A DNA stretch of 62,445 nt, the filler included, from Dugesia japonica (lineage: Eukaryota), in NCBI GenBank assembly GCA_001938525.1. It is 6 parts of 6 records of this genome, joined end to end, with 100 filler letters (N's around TTAATTAATTAA, not from the genome) between each part and the next. Parts side by side here need not be neighbours in the genome. Positions count along the whole stretch, not along the records: positions 50,604 to 62,445 come from MQRL01608685.1; 5 more parts are not named here. One strand, written 5' to 3'. Shown one piece after another: positions 51,721 to 62,445 of the stretch. The notes under the pieces are model-generated. The model had not been told where the DNA came from and did no database searches. It saw only the letters and a program-made list of their open reading frames with translations. How positions within the stretch are numbered: the first letter of the stretch is position 1; each line of letters begins with the position of its first letter. The position numbers and the translations under genes are program-made.

Positions 51721-54099
51721 ATGAAAAGAATCTATGGAAACTTTTTGAAAAATCTTACGCAAAGGTAAAATGAAAATTTATTATTTTTTTGTCTTTCGTA
51801 TTCTGTGATTATTACATTTGTGCTTTTTTATTGTACAATTATAGGTGCGCTTATTTCTGAATTTTATTTTATCTTTATTAAAACTTTCATTGTTATTTCG
51901 TTATCTATTTGATTTTTTAAATTAATAAACTTGTCTTATTTATCAAACTTACTTTCTTTACTCGTTTTGTTGACGTATAATTTTATTGTCGATTATTATT
52001 GTCATAAAAATGAAAATACGTGTGTTACTTAGATAAATAATTTTATAGCAATAAATATATAATAACAGAATTAAAGTCTAGATGTAGAATAAATTTCAAG
52101 ATATAAACAAGTTTGTAAAACAAATATAATTGTTTTGAAATGTTCTTCAAACACTAAACATATAACCATGAATTCATATATATTATAAACCTGAAATGCT
52201 TCTGAAACTATCAAAAGTTTAAACAATACATTAAGCAAATGAATATAAAATATTATATTGAATGATGTTTTGGTTCAAATTTTAAATAATATACGAAATT
52301 TGACAGTTTAATAATAAAAATCATCTAAGTAGTGACTCATTCTATAGCATAGGTGTGGCACACAAATTGGTTGAATTTCATCATTGATTCTAAAATTAAT
52401 AAGTTTTATAAAGATTTTATAAATAATACTTGGTGAAAAAAAATAATCTTTAAATTCATTAATTAACTAATAATACTTGCAGGTTGCAAAATGTATATAT
52501 TATTNATAATGTCATTTATAATTAGATTTGTAATGATTGGAATTTTAATTCATTATTTTATTAAATCAATCTCTTAATGAAATCATTTCTATAATTATTT
52601 ATGTCAATAAGAAAAGAAGATTTCTTGATTTTTCTAATGGTTTAGTTCTTAGAATTTTCGATAATATTCGCATAAATAATGATTGCTGCTAAAGTTTTAT
52701 CAGGTGAAAACATTTTTCAAAATTTAGAAAACTAGACCAACTAAAATAGAAATTTGGTTTAGAAATATTGAAATATNNNNNNNNNNNNNNNNNNNNNNAC
52801 AAATATTAAATTTATAATAAAAATATTTATAATTATCACATGAAACCATATAAACTTTAATCATTTTAAAATTATTTGTCAGATAATATTAAAAATTCAC
52901 CTCACAAAAACGATTTTAAAATTACAATGAAATTTCATAAATTAACAGTTGCATTGGTCATCCTATCAAAAATATTAATTTTCGAACCATGAGAAATACA
53001 ATAAAAGTCATATAATACATGCACACCATCAGAATTTGGAAAATAATTTAACTGAAATTTTTATAAAAACCAAAATAATTAAAATTTTAATTAAATATTT
53101 ATTTATACTGTACCTTTGTAAATCAGTTAAGGGTCATGAGAAAAAAGCGAAACAATCACATGGATTGAATACATTAACCACTTANCTGATTTGCCTGACA
53201 GTTTCTCCTTACAGAACTTAACTAGCTTAACGATTAATATGTCAGAATTTTAATATTTGTTAATAAAAAATATAATTTTTTGTTTTTTCTAATACACATT
53301 TATAAGACTAAATAAATTTTAAAAAAACCCGCGACTTTTTCTGCGAAAAAAAATTTAAAACCCATCAAGCAAGTGATATACACGAAAAATTTAGTTAAAT
53401 TCATATTTAATAAAAAAAATATATACTGCTATTAAAATCGTAATCAGTTATAACTACAATGGAAATCGGTTAGGGGATTGTAAATTCGGATCGAATTAGC
53501 CAAATTTCTTAATAAAATTATTTTATATTGAATCCACTAAAATCAATATACTTCTTGTAAATATTGATTTTCAGCTTCAATTCCATTTTCTGATTACTTA
53601 AAAGACGAAAGTTTCTGTGAAAGCAAAAAGCCTTGTTTTTCATACTATTGTATTCCTAGAAATTTCTTGTCAACTACTCATTGTTGAATTAATTGTCAGT
53701 CATGTTTATTTACGAATAAATTGATAAAATGATTATAAACATTTATTTATTATAAATCTTGATTTGTAAATCAATTAATTTTCATATTTTGAAATCTAAT
53801 TAGCATTANNNNNNNNNNNNNNNNNNNNNNNNNNNNNNNNNNNNNNNNNNNNNNNNNNNNNNNNNNNNNNNNNNNNNNNNNNNNNNNNNNNNNNNNNNNN
53901 NNNNNNNNNNNNNNNNNNNNNNNNNNNNNNNNNNNNNNNNNNNNNNNNNNNNNNNNNNNNNNNNNNNNNNNNNNNNNNNNNNNNNNNNNNNNNNNNNNNN
54001 NNNNNNNNNNNNNNNNNNNNNNNNNNNNNNNNNNNNNNNNNNNNNNNNNNNNNNNNNNNNNNNNNNNNAAATTGTTCCTAGTAAGTGCTTAAAAGACTG

Positions 54100-54170
54100 A
54101 TATTCAGTTGGGTCCAAAAATGGTTCACATTAACCGGGTGTTTGTACTAACCGAGTTCGTGCCACTGTAT
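54100..54170 (-). mobile_element. pogo/Tc1-mariner-like MITE terminus (TA-CAGTGGCACGAACTCGGTTAGTAC)
   Basis: TA-CAGT terminus typical of pogo-like MITEs. The same ~39 bp recur at 55046-55084. Confidence 0.4.
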
Positions 54171-56447
54171 TTAAAATTGTAGTTATAATTCGAATGAGAA
54201 GAATTCAAGTTGTTTTATTGCTCGCCAAATTAATATTTGATAAAAGTAAAAGATTTATACGTTCCAAATTTTGTTCAAAAACTANAAGAAATTCAGATCA
54301 GTTATAAGCAACCACTTTCTAATTCAGGTCATAAAAGAAAATTTAATAGTCTTAGTTGCGACGAATAATTATTTGTTGATTATTAGTAGTTTTATTATTA
54401 AAATCGTTTTTTGGCAGCGGGTTCTTCATCACCGATATTAATCTAAAAAAATAATTGAAAATTTTTATTTCATTACAAAGGAAGTCAAAATATTTAGCTC
54501 AACATTGTAAATTTCAAGATTTAAGTTTACAAAATACGTTTGATTTTAAAATTCAACCTATATAGTTATAAACAGTAATTAATTTTGGTTATTGAATATT
54601 AATAAATAATCGGACATTAAAATTATTTTGAATATATAAAATGAATGTATTTTGTAAATAAAATACCTAAATAATAATAATAAATTTCAATTTATAAATT
54701 TCCATTTCAATTTAATATTTATATTATTATCATTATATTAGTTTTTAATATTAATATTAAAATTAAATGGGAATTTATTAAATATCAAAAATAATAAATA
54801 GAAAACATTCTAAATACTGGTTTAAACAATCTTTGTAAATTTTTATGCAAGAAAGAAAAAACAATATNGCAACTTTTCTGGTGTAATTCAAATTAACAAG
54901 CAATCAAATATTTTACTCAGCAATATCATTAAATTGATCTTTATGTATAAATAAATATATTACGCGATGTTTTAATTGTACTATAAGTATTGTTGTCGAA
55001 TACAGTATTATACGTTTCAATGAATGAGCAGCATTCACGATTTGATTTGTACTAACCGAGTTCGTGCCACTGTATTTAAAATTGACATTTTATATTCATA
55101 AATTCTTAAATTCCATTTTTATTTGCTATTTTCTTTGTACACAGTTAATTAACAACTGTAGCATTAAATGTACAATTTATAATTCTAGATTTAAAAGGTT
55201 ATAAATACAATTGGAAACCCCGCAATTTTAAAAATATACATAATTTCGGTTGTATGATTTTTGGAAAAAACGTATCAGTTAAGCAAAATATTTTAAAAAC
55301 TAATAAATACATTTTATAGACAATTAAAGACAAAATTATGAATTGAAATTAAATTTCTACAAATCAAATTAACAATAATAAGCCTAATTGAAAATTGAAA
55401 GATTTATACATATTTTACCTGGAAATCAAGATTATAGAGAAATTATTAAAGTAATATAATTCAAATTTAAGAAGAACATTAAATAAATTTATCAACTGCA
55501 AATATTATTTTGTACTGTAAGAAATAAAAGTTGAGGATAAATTTAATCACGAATTAAGTAAAATGTGAAATTAGATGGAATTTAATATTAAAAATAATCT
55601 TTAACAAATATATAAAAACTATAATTGCTTGAAACTTTGAGCTTTTCAGAAGTAATGACGCAGTAGAATAAAAATTTAAATAAATAATTCCCTAAGTCTG
55701 TATGCGAATTTGACGGAACGCTAGAGATATAAAAGTTAACATAAATTTTGATTTTTAAGTTTTAAGTTTAAAAAAATTTGTTTATTTAAATATGAAATAG
55801 GAGTATTTTCAGACCATTGTGGAACTTTTAAACTACTAAAATTTCAGTTATAAAATTTCCATTTTTGAAGGGAAACCCTAGTTTTCTTATAATTTTATAA
55901 GACTATAATTGTTTGACTTTTAGAATATTGTAAATGTAATGCAGCAAATATTATTACTAAAAAAATTATGAATAATAGATTTTAAAGTAATTCTGAAAAA
56001 CGANNNNNNNNNNNNNNNNNNNNNNNNNNNNNNNNNNNNNNNNNNNNNNNNNNNNNNNNNNNNNNNNNNTTCAAAATTGAAAAAAAATATTAAATATCTA
56101 ATATGGAAAATATTCATAATTTAAAAACCATGAAATAATTATTAAAAAGAAAATTGTTCCTCATTTTCGATCGAAGTAAAAAAATGAAATAAAAATTGCA
56201 CATTAAAACCTATATTATCGATTCCATGAATATATTTTAAGATTTATAATGATATAAATATTAGAATGGAACACAAAATAACTTTTAGTTCAGTCGCAAT
56301 ATAATACCTAAAGGATAATTATTAAACCAAATATAAAATAAATATTTATTTTCATTNATACTTAATTTAGATTTCACATTATACTGTATTATTAAAAGTT
56401 TAACTGCTTAGAAGGCAATGCTTATTAAAACTTAATAATGTTTAAAC

Positions 56448-56753
56448 CAGTGATGCGCAACCCTGGACCCGGGGCAATGTTACATGTAGACCGCAATCCA
56501 AGTGTATGAAAAATCCAAAATATATTTTTTTATCGAAATATAATTCTATACATCAAATATTTCACCGATTCACGACGATCTCCTCCAAAATACTAGCTGC
56601 TAAATGAGCAGTATTACATTAAATGCTCAAAGTTATATAGTATAGTATTTAAAATATCACGGCTGCATAACGAGTGGCCTGCAATTTTTGCAGGCACGCG
56701 ACTTTAAATAAAACTGATGATGCGGCCAGTACAAAAAAGATTGTGCATCACTG
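56448..56753. mobile_element. hAT (Buster/Charlie-like) MITE, 306 bp
   Basis: TIRs CAGTGATGCGCAA / TTGTGCATCACTG and a perfect 8-bp TSD GTTTAAAC (56440-56447, 56754-56761) with central TA. Confidence 0.88.
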
Positions 56754-59700
56754 GTTTAAACTAATTCTTAATATTATTTAACTTAAAATTGTTAAATATT
56801 TTTATTATCAATAAAAAGAATTATCAAACCTTTTTACTTGGACTATAATTTATTATAACTACATAAACAATATTTTTAGAATAGTAAACAATTAGGTTAT
56901 CAAATTTTCCGTAAACAGAAACATAACTTTGATAGTAATGACGATTTTAAAATAATGTTAAAAAATTTTATTAAACTTACAAATCTCTTAAAGTAATAAA
57001 ATAATATTTCATAAGTATTTCAAATGACTACATTTACCTGAGAAAATTAATTGCTGAATTTTGAAATAAGTATCAAAATCTTCAAACAAATATTAATAAA
57101 TCAGTGCAAGTTAGTTATTAATGATTACTTTAACATATTTTAACATAACCCATAACATGTGGAAAGTGTATCATTTTAATCGCTGTTGAATTGAAAGATA
57201 TGAGAAAAAACATTAAAATTTAGTTAAATGGGAAAAATAAAATAATGCTGAATTAATTTTTTTAAAACAAGTGCAATCAAACTGTTTAAAAGTATATCAT
57301 AATACATTTATATAGAACTAAGTTTAACAAACTTTCTATAAGAATTACTTTAAAATTATTTTTATAAATATCAAATTTCCAATCGTTTCATAGAAAATCG
57401 AGCTTCTTACTGATTGAATTAATCAGTATTTCTATATAAAAAAACTACTATTTTTATAGAAATTTTAGGATTAACGTAGACAATTTCTTATTTATATTTT
57501 GCTCTGAATTTGCCATTTAAAATGTTAACTGCGAAATAAAATTATTTCAGTAAATATCATCTTTAAATTAATTTTAATCAAATATTAAACAACAAGCGAG
57601 CTATAAACAACTTTATATGCATTAGAAACCAATTTATTATTGTATATTAATATATATCAATTATACAAAATGACAATATGGACATTAAATTTTTATGTAA
57701 CAATTTAAATGGACATAGAAGGAAATAAATTTTAACAATAAAATTAAGTTTCTAACTCTCCAAATACGTAATCAAGTTTCAATCCATGTAAGCAATAAAA
57801 TCACTTAAAACATCTTATTGTGAACTTTATTATCAAAAAAATCGCAAAATAAAACAAACTAAATAAAACAATCATAAAAATCATATTTTTAACAAAAATT
57901 AGAATGATCTGATTTTAAAATTTATTTTTCCAGTTATAAAAAAGATCGAAGATCAACGATAAATGCTACACAATGAAAAATATTTTTTTCTTAAAATTCA
58001 TTATTTTTACAGAATATTTGCAATGAATAAAACTCCGGTTTATCATCTAAAAATTATTAAAATAAAACAAAGTCTAATATATTAAAATGCANNNNNNNNN
58101 NNNNNNNNNNNNNNNNNNNNNNNNNNNNNNNNNNNNNNNNNNNNNNNNNNNNNNNNNNNNNNNNNNNNNNNNNNNNNNNNNNNNNNNNNNNNNNNNNNNN
58201 NNNNNTGCAAAAAGCAAGCTATATCAAATTACAGTTTATTGTAGACGTGTTTGTAGGCTCGTTTGAGCTAATATGGTAATATTTCATCCATTTACATATA
58301 CAATTTCAAACGTTAAAATAATGTTGGAAATGTCAATAAATTTAAAAATGTTTTTTAAAAATTAATTCACATTTAATTTTTGCATATTGAAGATTAATTT
58401 TAAATTGAATTCCGATTTATAAATGAACTGTAAATAATCCACTAAAATTTTCGATTCTTTTCGTTTTTAAAGTTCTTTCTTTAATTTCCACTGATCTGCA
58501 AACCTTTGTAATAAGTACATTACAAANNNNNNNNNNNNNNNNNNNNNNNNNNNNNNNNNNNNNNNNNNNNNNNNNNNNNNNNNNNNNNNNNNNAACCAAA
58601 TAATAAACTAAATGCCTTTTTTTGAAGAATTAAATTACTTGGATGAAGAATAAAATTTAAATACCGTATATTTTTTTAAGTTTCGTTTATGGGGAAAATA
58701 AATGTACAAAATAGTATCACAACCCCTAAAGTATGATACAATTCAAGGGTGTTTCGTGACACTAACTAATTATGTATTTACACAATAGATAAGTTTCGTA
58801 GAAACTCAGGTAAAAACCGATTTAGTTGTAAATTTAACGTAATAAATGAATCCTTAGAAAATATTAATTAACATTGATTTAATTAGGTAAAATTTATGTG
58901 AATTTTTTAATAACTTCTCATTTTAAATGTTAAATTTAAACTGCACACCCGCACTGTACTTTAACCAAAACTTATGTCAAATAATTAAGGGAAATCTTTT
59001 GTTTAAAAGTGTCGTAGATTTCTCATCACACAATTTAGTGTTTATTTCTAGAAACGTGTTAAAACAAGCACCTAAACCATGTAAATAGAGTGCAATATTT
59101 TTTGGAATCGCATAAAATCAAATTCGCTTAAAAACAGAATTAGGTATATTTAAATTGTGTCACTGATACTATTTGGCGATATCCGTTAGCGATATCAGAC
59201 TGAAGAAAAACTATTCAATTTTAAAACCAATTATTGCGTATCTTTACTTTTGATAAATTCATTTAAATGAAATGTCATTGCGTAATTGAAATAAAAATAC
59301 TGAACGCGTATTTTTATATAAATTATATTGAAATGACGTTTAAATAAAGAAATATCAATAAAAATGGTTTGATCGCACTATATTAATCACAAATAATCCA
59401 AATTGCCATTTATCGAATGGAATAGTCTTTTTGTACATTTTCTCCGTACATTTAGAATACTTTCCTTCAAAAATTAAGTTATTTATAATACGTAAATATT
59501 GTAATTTCGTGTATTTTCATCAGAAAATTTTACACATGACAATAAAAATTTATTATTTTTCTCGCCCGATGATTGTTAATATTGAAAATGAATCATTTAA
59601 ATTAAACATTTTGGGCAAAATTAGAAAGTGTGATGCACCATTGTTCAATTGATTAAACATCAAATTCCCAATTTTCGAATTATCATACATCTGATAANNN

Positions 59701-60874
59701 NNNNNNNNNNNNNNNNNNNNNNNNNNNNNNNNNNNNNNNNNNNNTAAACTGTAATCAAACTGATTTTTATAATGCTAAATATTGAATTTAAAAATTATTT
59801 CATAAAATAAAAGCAGTAATGAAAAATATTTGATAATAGTAAAATACATTTTCTTTTGATATTGAATAAATAGGATTTAGAAATTAATAGAAAATCAGAA
59901 ATAATTTCCAAAAATTAATTTTCTTATTTTCAAAATTATTTCAAGAATAACTTCAACCTAAAGATTATTAATTTAAATGTGCATTTCTTTCTGCAAGATG
60001 TAACTTCAAACCGCCATATTAGTCTGATTCTCTTCCAAATAAATTATTGATTAGCCATATTAGCCAATAGTTGTCCACAATATAAATTGACTGAGAAACA
60101 CTATTCACCAACATAATATAAGGTAATAATTTTCAAACACTAAATAATTTCACATAAATTATTCCAAGTTAAAAATCATCTGAAAATAACTAAAGAAAAA
60201 AATATAGATTGTACAAATAAGATATAATTTACTTTCGAAATTTTAATTAAAATAAATGTTTATAATTATTTATGTACAAATTAAAATATAATAATAATAT
60301 TAACATTCAAAACAACTAATTTTAATTACTAGCATAATGTCTTTATTTCGTTTTAAATTTAAAAAGTATAATTTTAGTTTCTTAAGACATAAATAGTTTT
60401 TAAAATGAAATGGGGAAAAAATGAAATGCATTTTCNNNNNNNNNNNNNNNNNNNNNNNNNNNNNNNNNNNNNNNNNNNNNNNNNNNNNNNNNNNNNNNNN
60501 NNNNNNNNNNNNNNTTTACTACATAATTTAACAGTAACAATTTCTATCTGACCTAATCATTATAATTTAAACATAAAGTACGTTAAGAAAGTTAAAATAT
60601 ATTTATTAATTAAAATACTATTTAAAAGAAATAAATTATAAGTAACAAATTTTAATATCTAGAAAAGATTTTATTTGGATTGGAAATAAGAAAAGAATAG
60701 ATTTGGATAAAATAACTGAAGACGAATATTGAAAATTGTTAGAAGATTCGAATGCTGAAAATTTTTCAAAAAAGGAAAGAGCAAAGAAATAAAAATAAAA
60801 TGAAAATAAAAAGACAATTCTAGGCACAATTAAAACTGTGAGATTAAAGATATTACCAGTTTCCCCGATATGTC

Positions 60875-61039
60875 TATTGATCAAAAAAGGAAAGTCTCAC
60901 TTCTATGCAATATGACCCAGAAAAAAAGCTTGAAGTTTGTTCAAAATTTAGGGAATGCAATAAGCAATAACTTTTCTTTTCCCATTCCTGAACCAAAAGC
61001 TACCACGTTGCGTCGAAGCCGTTAACCAGACATCCCAAC

Positions 61040-61070
<31 letters not shown>

Positions 61071-61431
61071 TAGTCCATGCCAGTTCTAGGTTGATCGTTT
61101 AGTGCACAACGTCTATTACAAATCCCAAAAGACTCATAATATAGCAATACCCGCCTATCAATCGAATCAGAAAAGTGCCATAGTCAATCAAGCTCAAGTT
61201 TCCTTAAACTCAATCAATAACAGCTCAATTCCATTCCAATCAACTTCTTGATAAAGCCCACTATGCCCGATCCCTAGAGCCAATCCTTTTACCGAAGTTA
61301 GGGATCTAATTTGCCGACTTCCCTTACCTAAATTTAACTATATTGATCAAAAAGAGTTAAGTCTCACTTCTATGCAATATGACACATAAAACAAACTTTG
61401 TTTGTTCAAAATTTAGGGAATGCAATAAGCA
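60875..61431. repeat. ~90-bp direct repeats (60875-60966 and 61341-61431) flanking a 28S rRNA fragment
   Basis: tattgatcaaaaa...aagtctcacttctatgcaatatgac...gtttgttcaaaatttagggaatgcaataagca occurs on both sides. Confidence 0.85.
61004..61330 (-). pseudogene. 28S (LSU) rRNA fragment, non-functional orphan copy
   Basis: Reverse complements of conserved LSU segments: gctttgttttaattagacagtcggattcc...ccagttct and agagccaatccttttaccgaagttagggatctaatttgccgacttcccttaccta. Confidence 0.88.
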
Positions 61432-61539
61432 GGAATAAAAATAAAATAGAACAGTTTTACACAACCAATTACTTAGTATTATAAATAGGATGCTATCTTA
61501 CAGAAGGTTTTCGACAATTTAAACAAAATTCACTAATAT

Positions 61540-62300
61540 TACCGATGTTTTCTCGAAACCGATTCCATACATTCGGCTACTTAGTTATCATCAAAATGAT
61601 AATTTGCAAAAAAAACTATTGAAAATACTGACTGCTTGTAAAAGATAGAACAATTTATTGGCGNNNNNNNNNNNNNNNNNNNNNNNNNNNNNNNNNNNNN
61701 NNNNNNNNNNNNNNNNNNNNNNNNNNNNNNNNNNNNNNNNNNNNNNNNNNNNNNNNNNNNNNNNNNNNNNNNNNNNNNNTGCCAATGGCATCGTATATGA
61801 TTTTGCAATTTATACGAGAAAATTCAGTAAACGAAATTTTTGGAATAAGCGGAGATGTAATATTAATACTAGTTAGGAGAAAATAAAACTATAAAATATT
61901 CTTTTTTTGTCTTTTAACTATGCTCTAAAAGGTATATTTCGAAATGGACATAATTCGCATATATAGATTTCTAAGTTGTTTTCTGATAAACAATTGAAAA
62001 AGACAGAATTTCACAAAAACAATAATATGGCAGTTGCAAAAGGTTTGATAATAAAATGTTTATTTAGTGTCAACATATATTAGTTTTATACTCGAAGTAT
62101 CTGGAAAACGTGATCCAAGGAGAATTTGCAAATTGATAAACTATGTCTGGCAATTATCAAGGAACATAATAAATTTGTGATAAGTATAGATCTCATGTTC
62201 ATGTTAGTACATAAAACGAAAATAAGGGTTAAACGATTTCATCTTCTAAATTTCTTTCTATATTATGAATGTTTGAGTTGTATATGCTTGGATATTATTC
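61540..62300 (+). mobile_element. piggyBac (PGBD-like) transposase remnant
   Basis: PMFSRNRFHTF, ANGIVYDFAIY, FGISGDVIL and CLAIIKEHNKFVISIDL resemble the piggyBac motifs MxRNRF, GxxYDFxIY and YNxxMGGVD. Many stops and frameshifts. Confidence 0.7.
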
Positions 62301-62445
62301 AGCAAAATCAACTACGAAATTTCAGAGCAAACATTGTAAAGAAATGTGTTGTATTGCAATAGATCAAACCTCAAAAGCATTGAAGACCGATCAAAATAAA
62401 AGAGTAGCAATTAAAAGATAAACCACAGTAACTTGAAAACATCTA

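Overview
Very AT-rich eukaryotic genomic DNA. It is probably from an invertebrate animal: the ~45-55 nt GT-AG introns and the Gypsy types would fit a flatworm-like genome, but the species cannot be fixed from sequence alone. The window is not one contiguous locus. Five artificial 100-bp linkers (44 N + TTAATTAATTAA + 44 N) join six independent scaffolds: 1-8462, 8563-19693, 19794-31389, 31490-40165, 40266-50503 and 50604-end. Scaffold 1 holds a decayed Polinton/Maverick (adintovirus-like) element on the minus strand: major capsid C-terminus, adenain-type protease, protein-primed PolB with an endonuclease-VII-like insert, and small spliced genes. The other scaffolds are mostly transposon debris: nested Ty3/Gypsy elements with a clean GAGAG target-site duplication, non-LTR RT fragments, a Merlin deletion derivative, hAT MITEs and piggyBac. 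They also carry parts of two host genes (TBC1D22 and a YEATS-domain gene), a histone H4 C-terminal fragment and a 28S rRNA fragment. Most interesting signal: a replication-dependent-histone-type 3' stem-loop (GGTCCT-CTTT-AGGACC-ACAA) lies in sense orientation 123 nt downstream of the Polinton polB stop codon, whereas the capsid/protease block ends in AATAAA. The same ~45-nt motif recurs twice more next to non-histone sequence, once 5 nt after the stop of a predicted 3-exon micro-gene. This suggests, as inference only, that a virus-like element and related small genes co-opt SLBP-type, S-phase-linked histone mRNA 3'-end processing.
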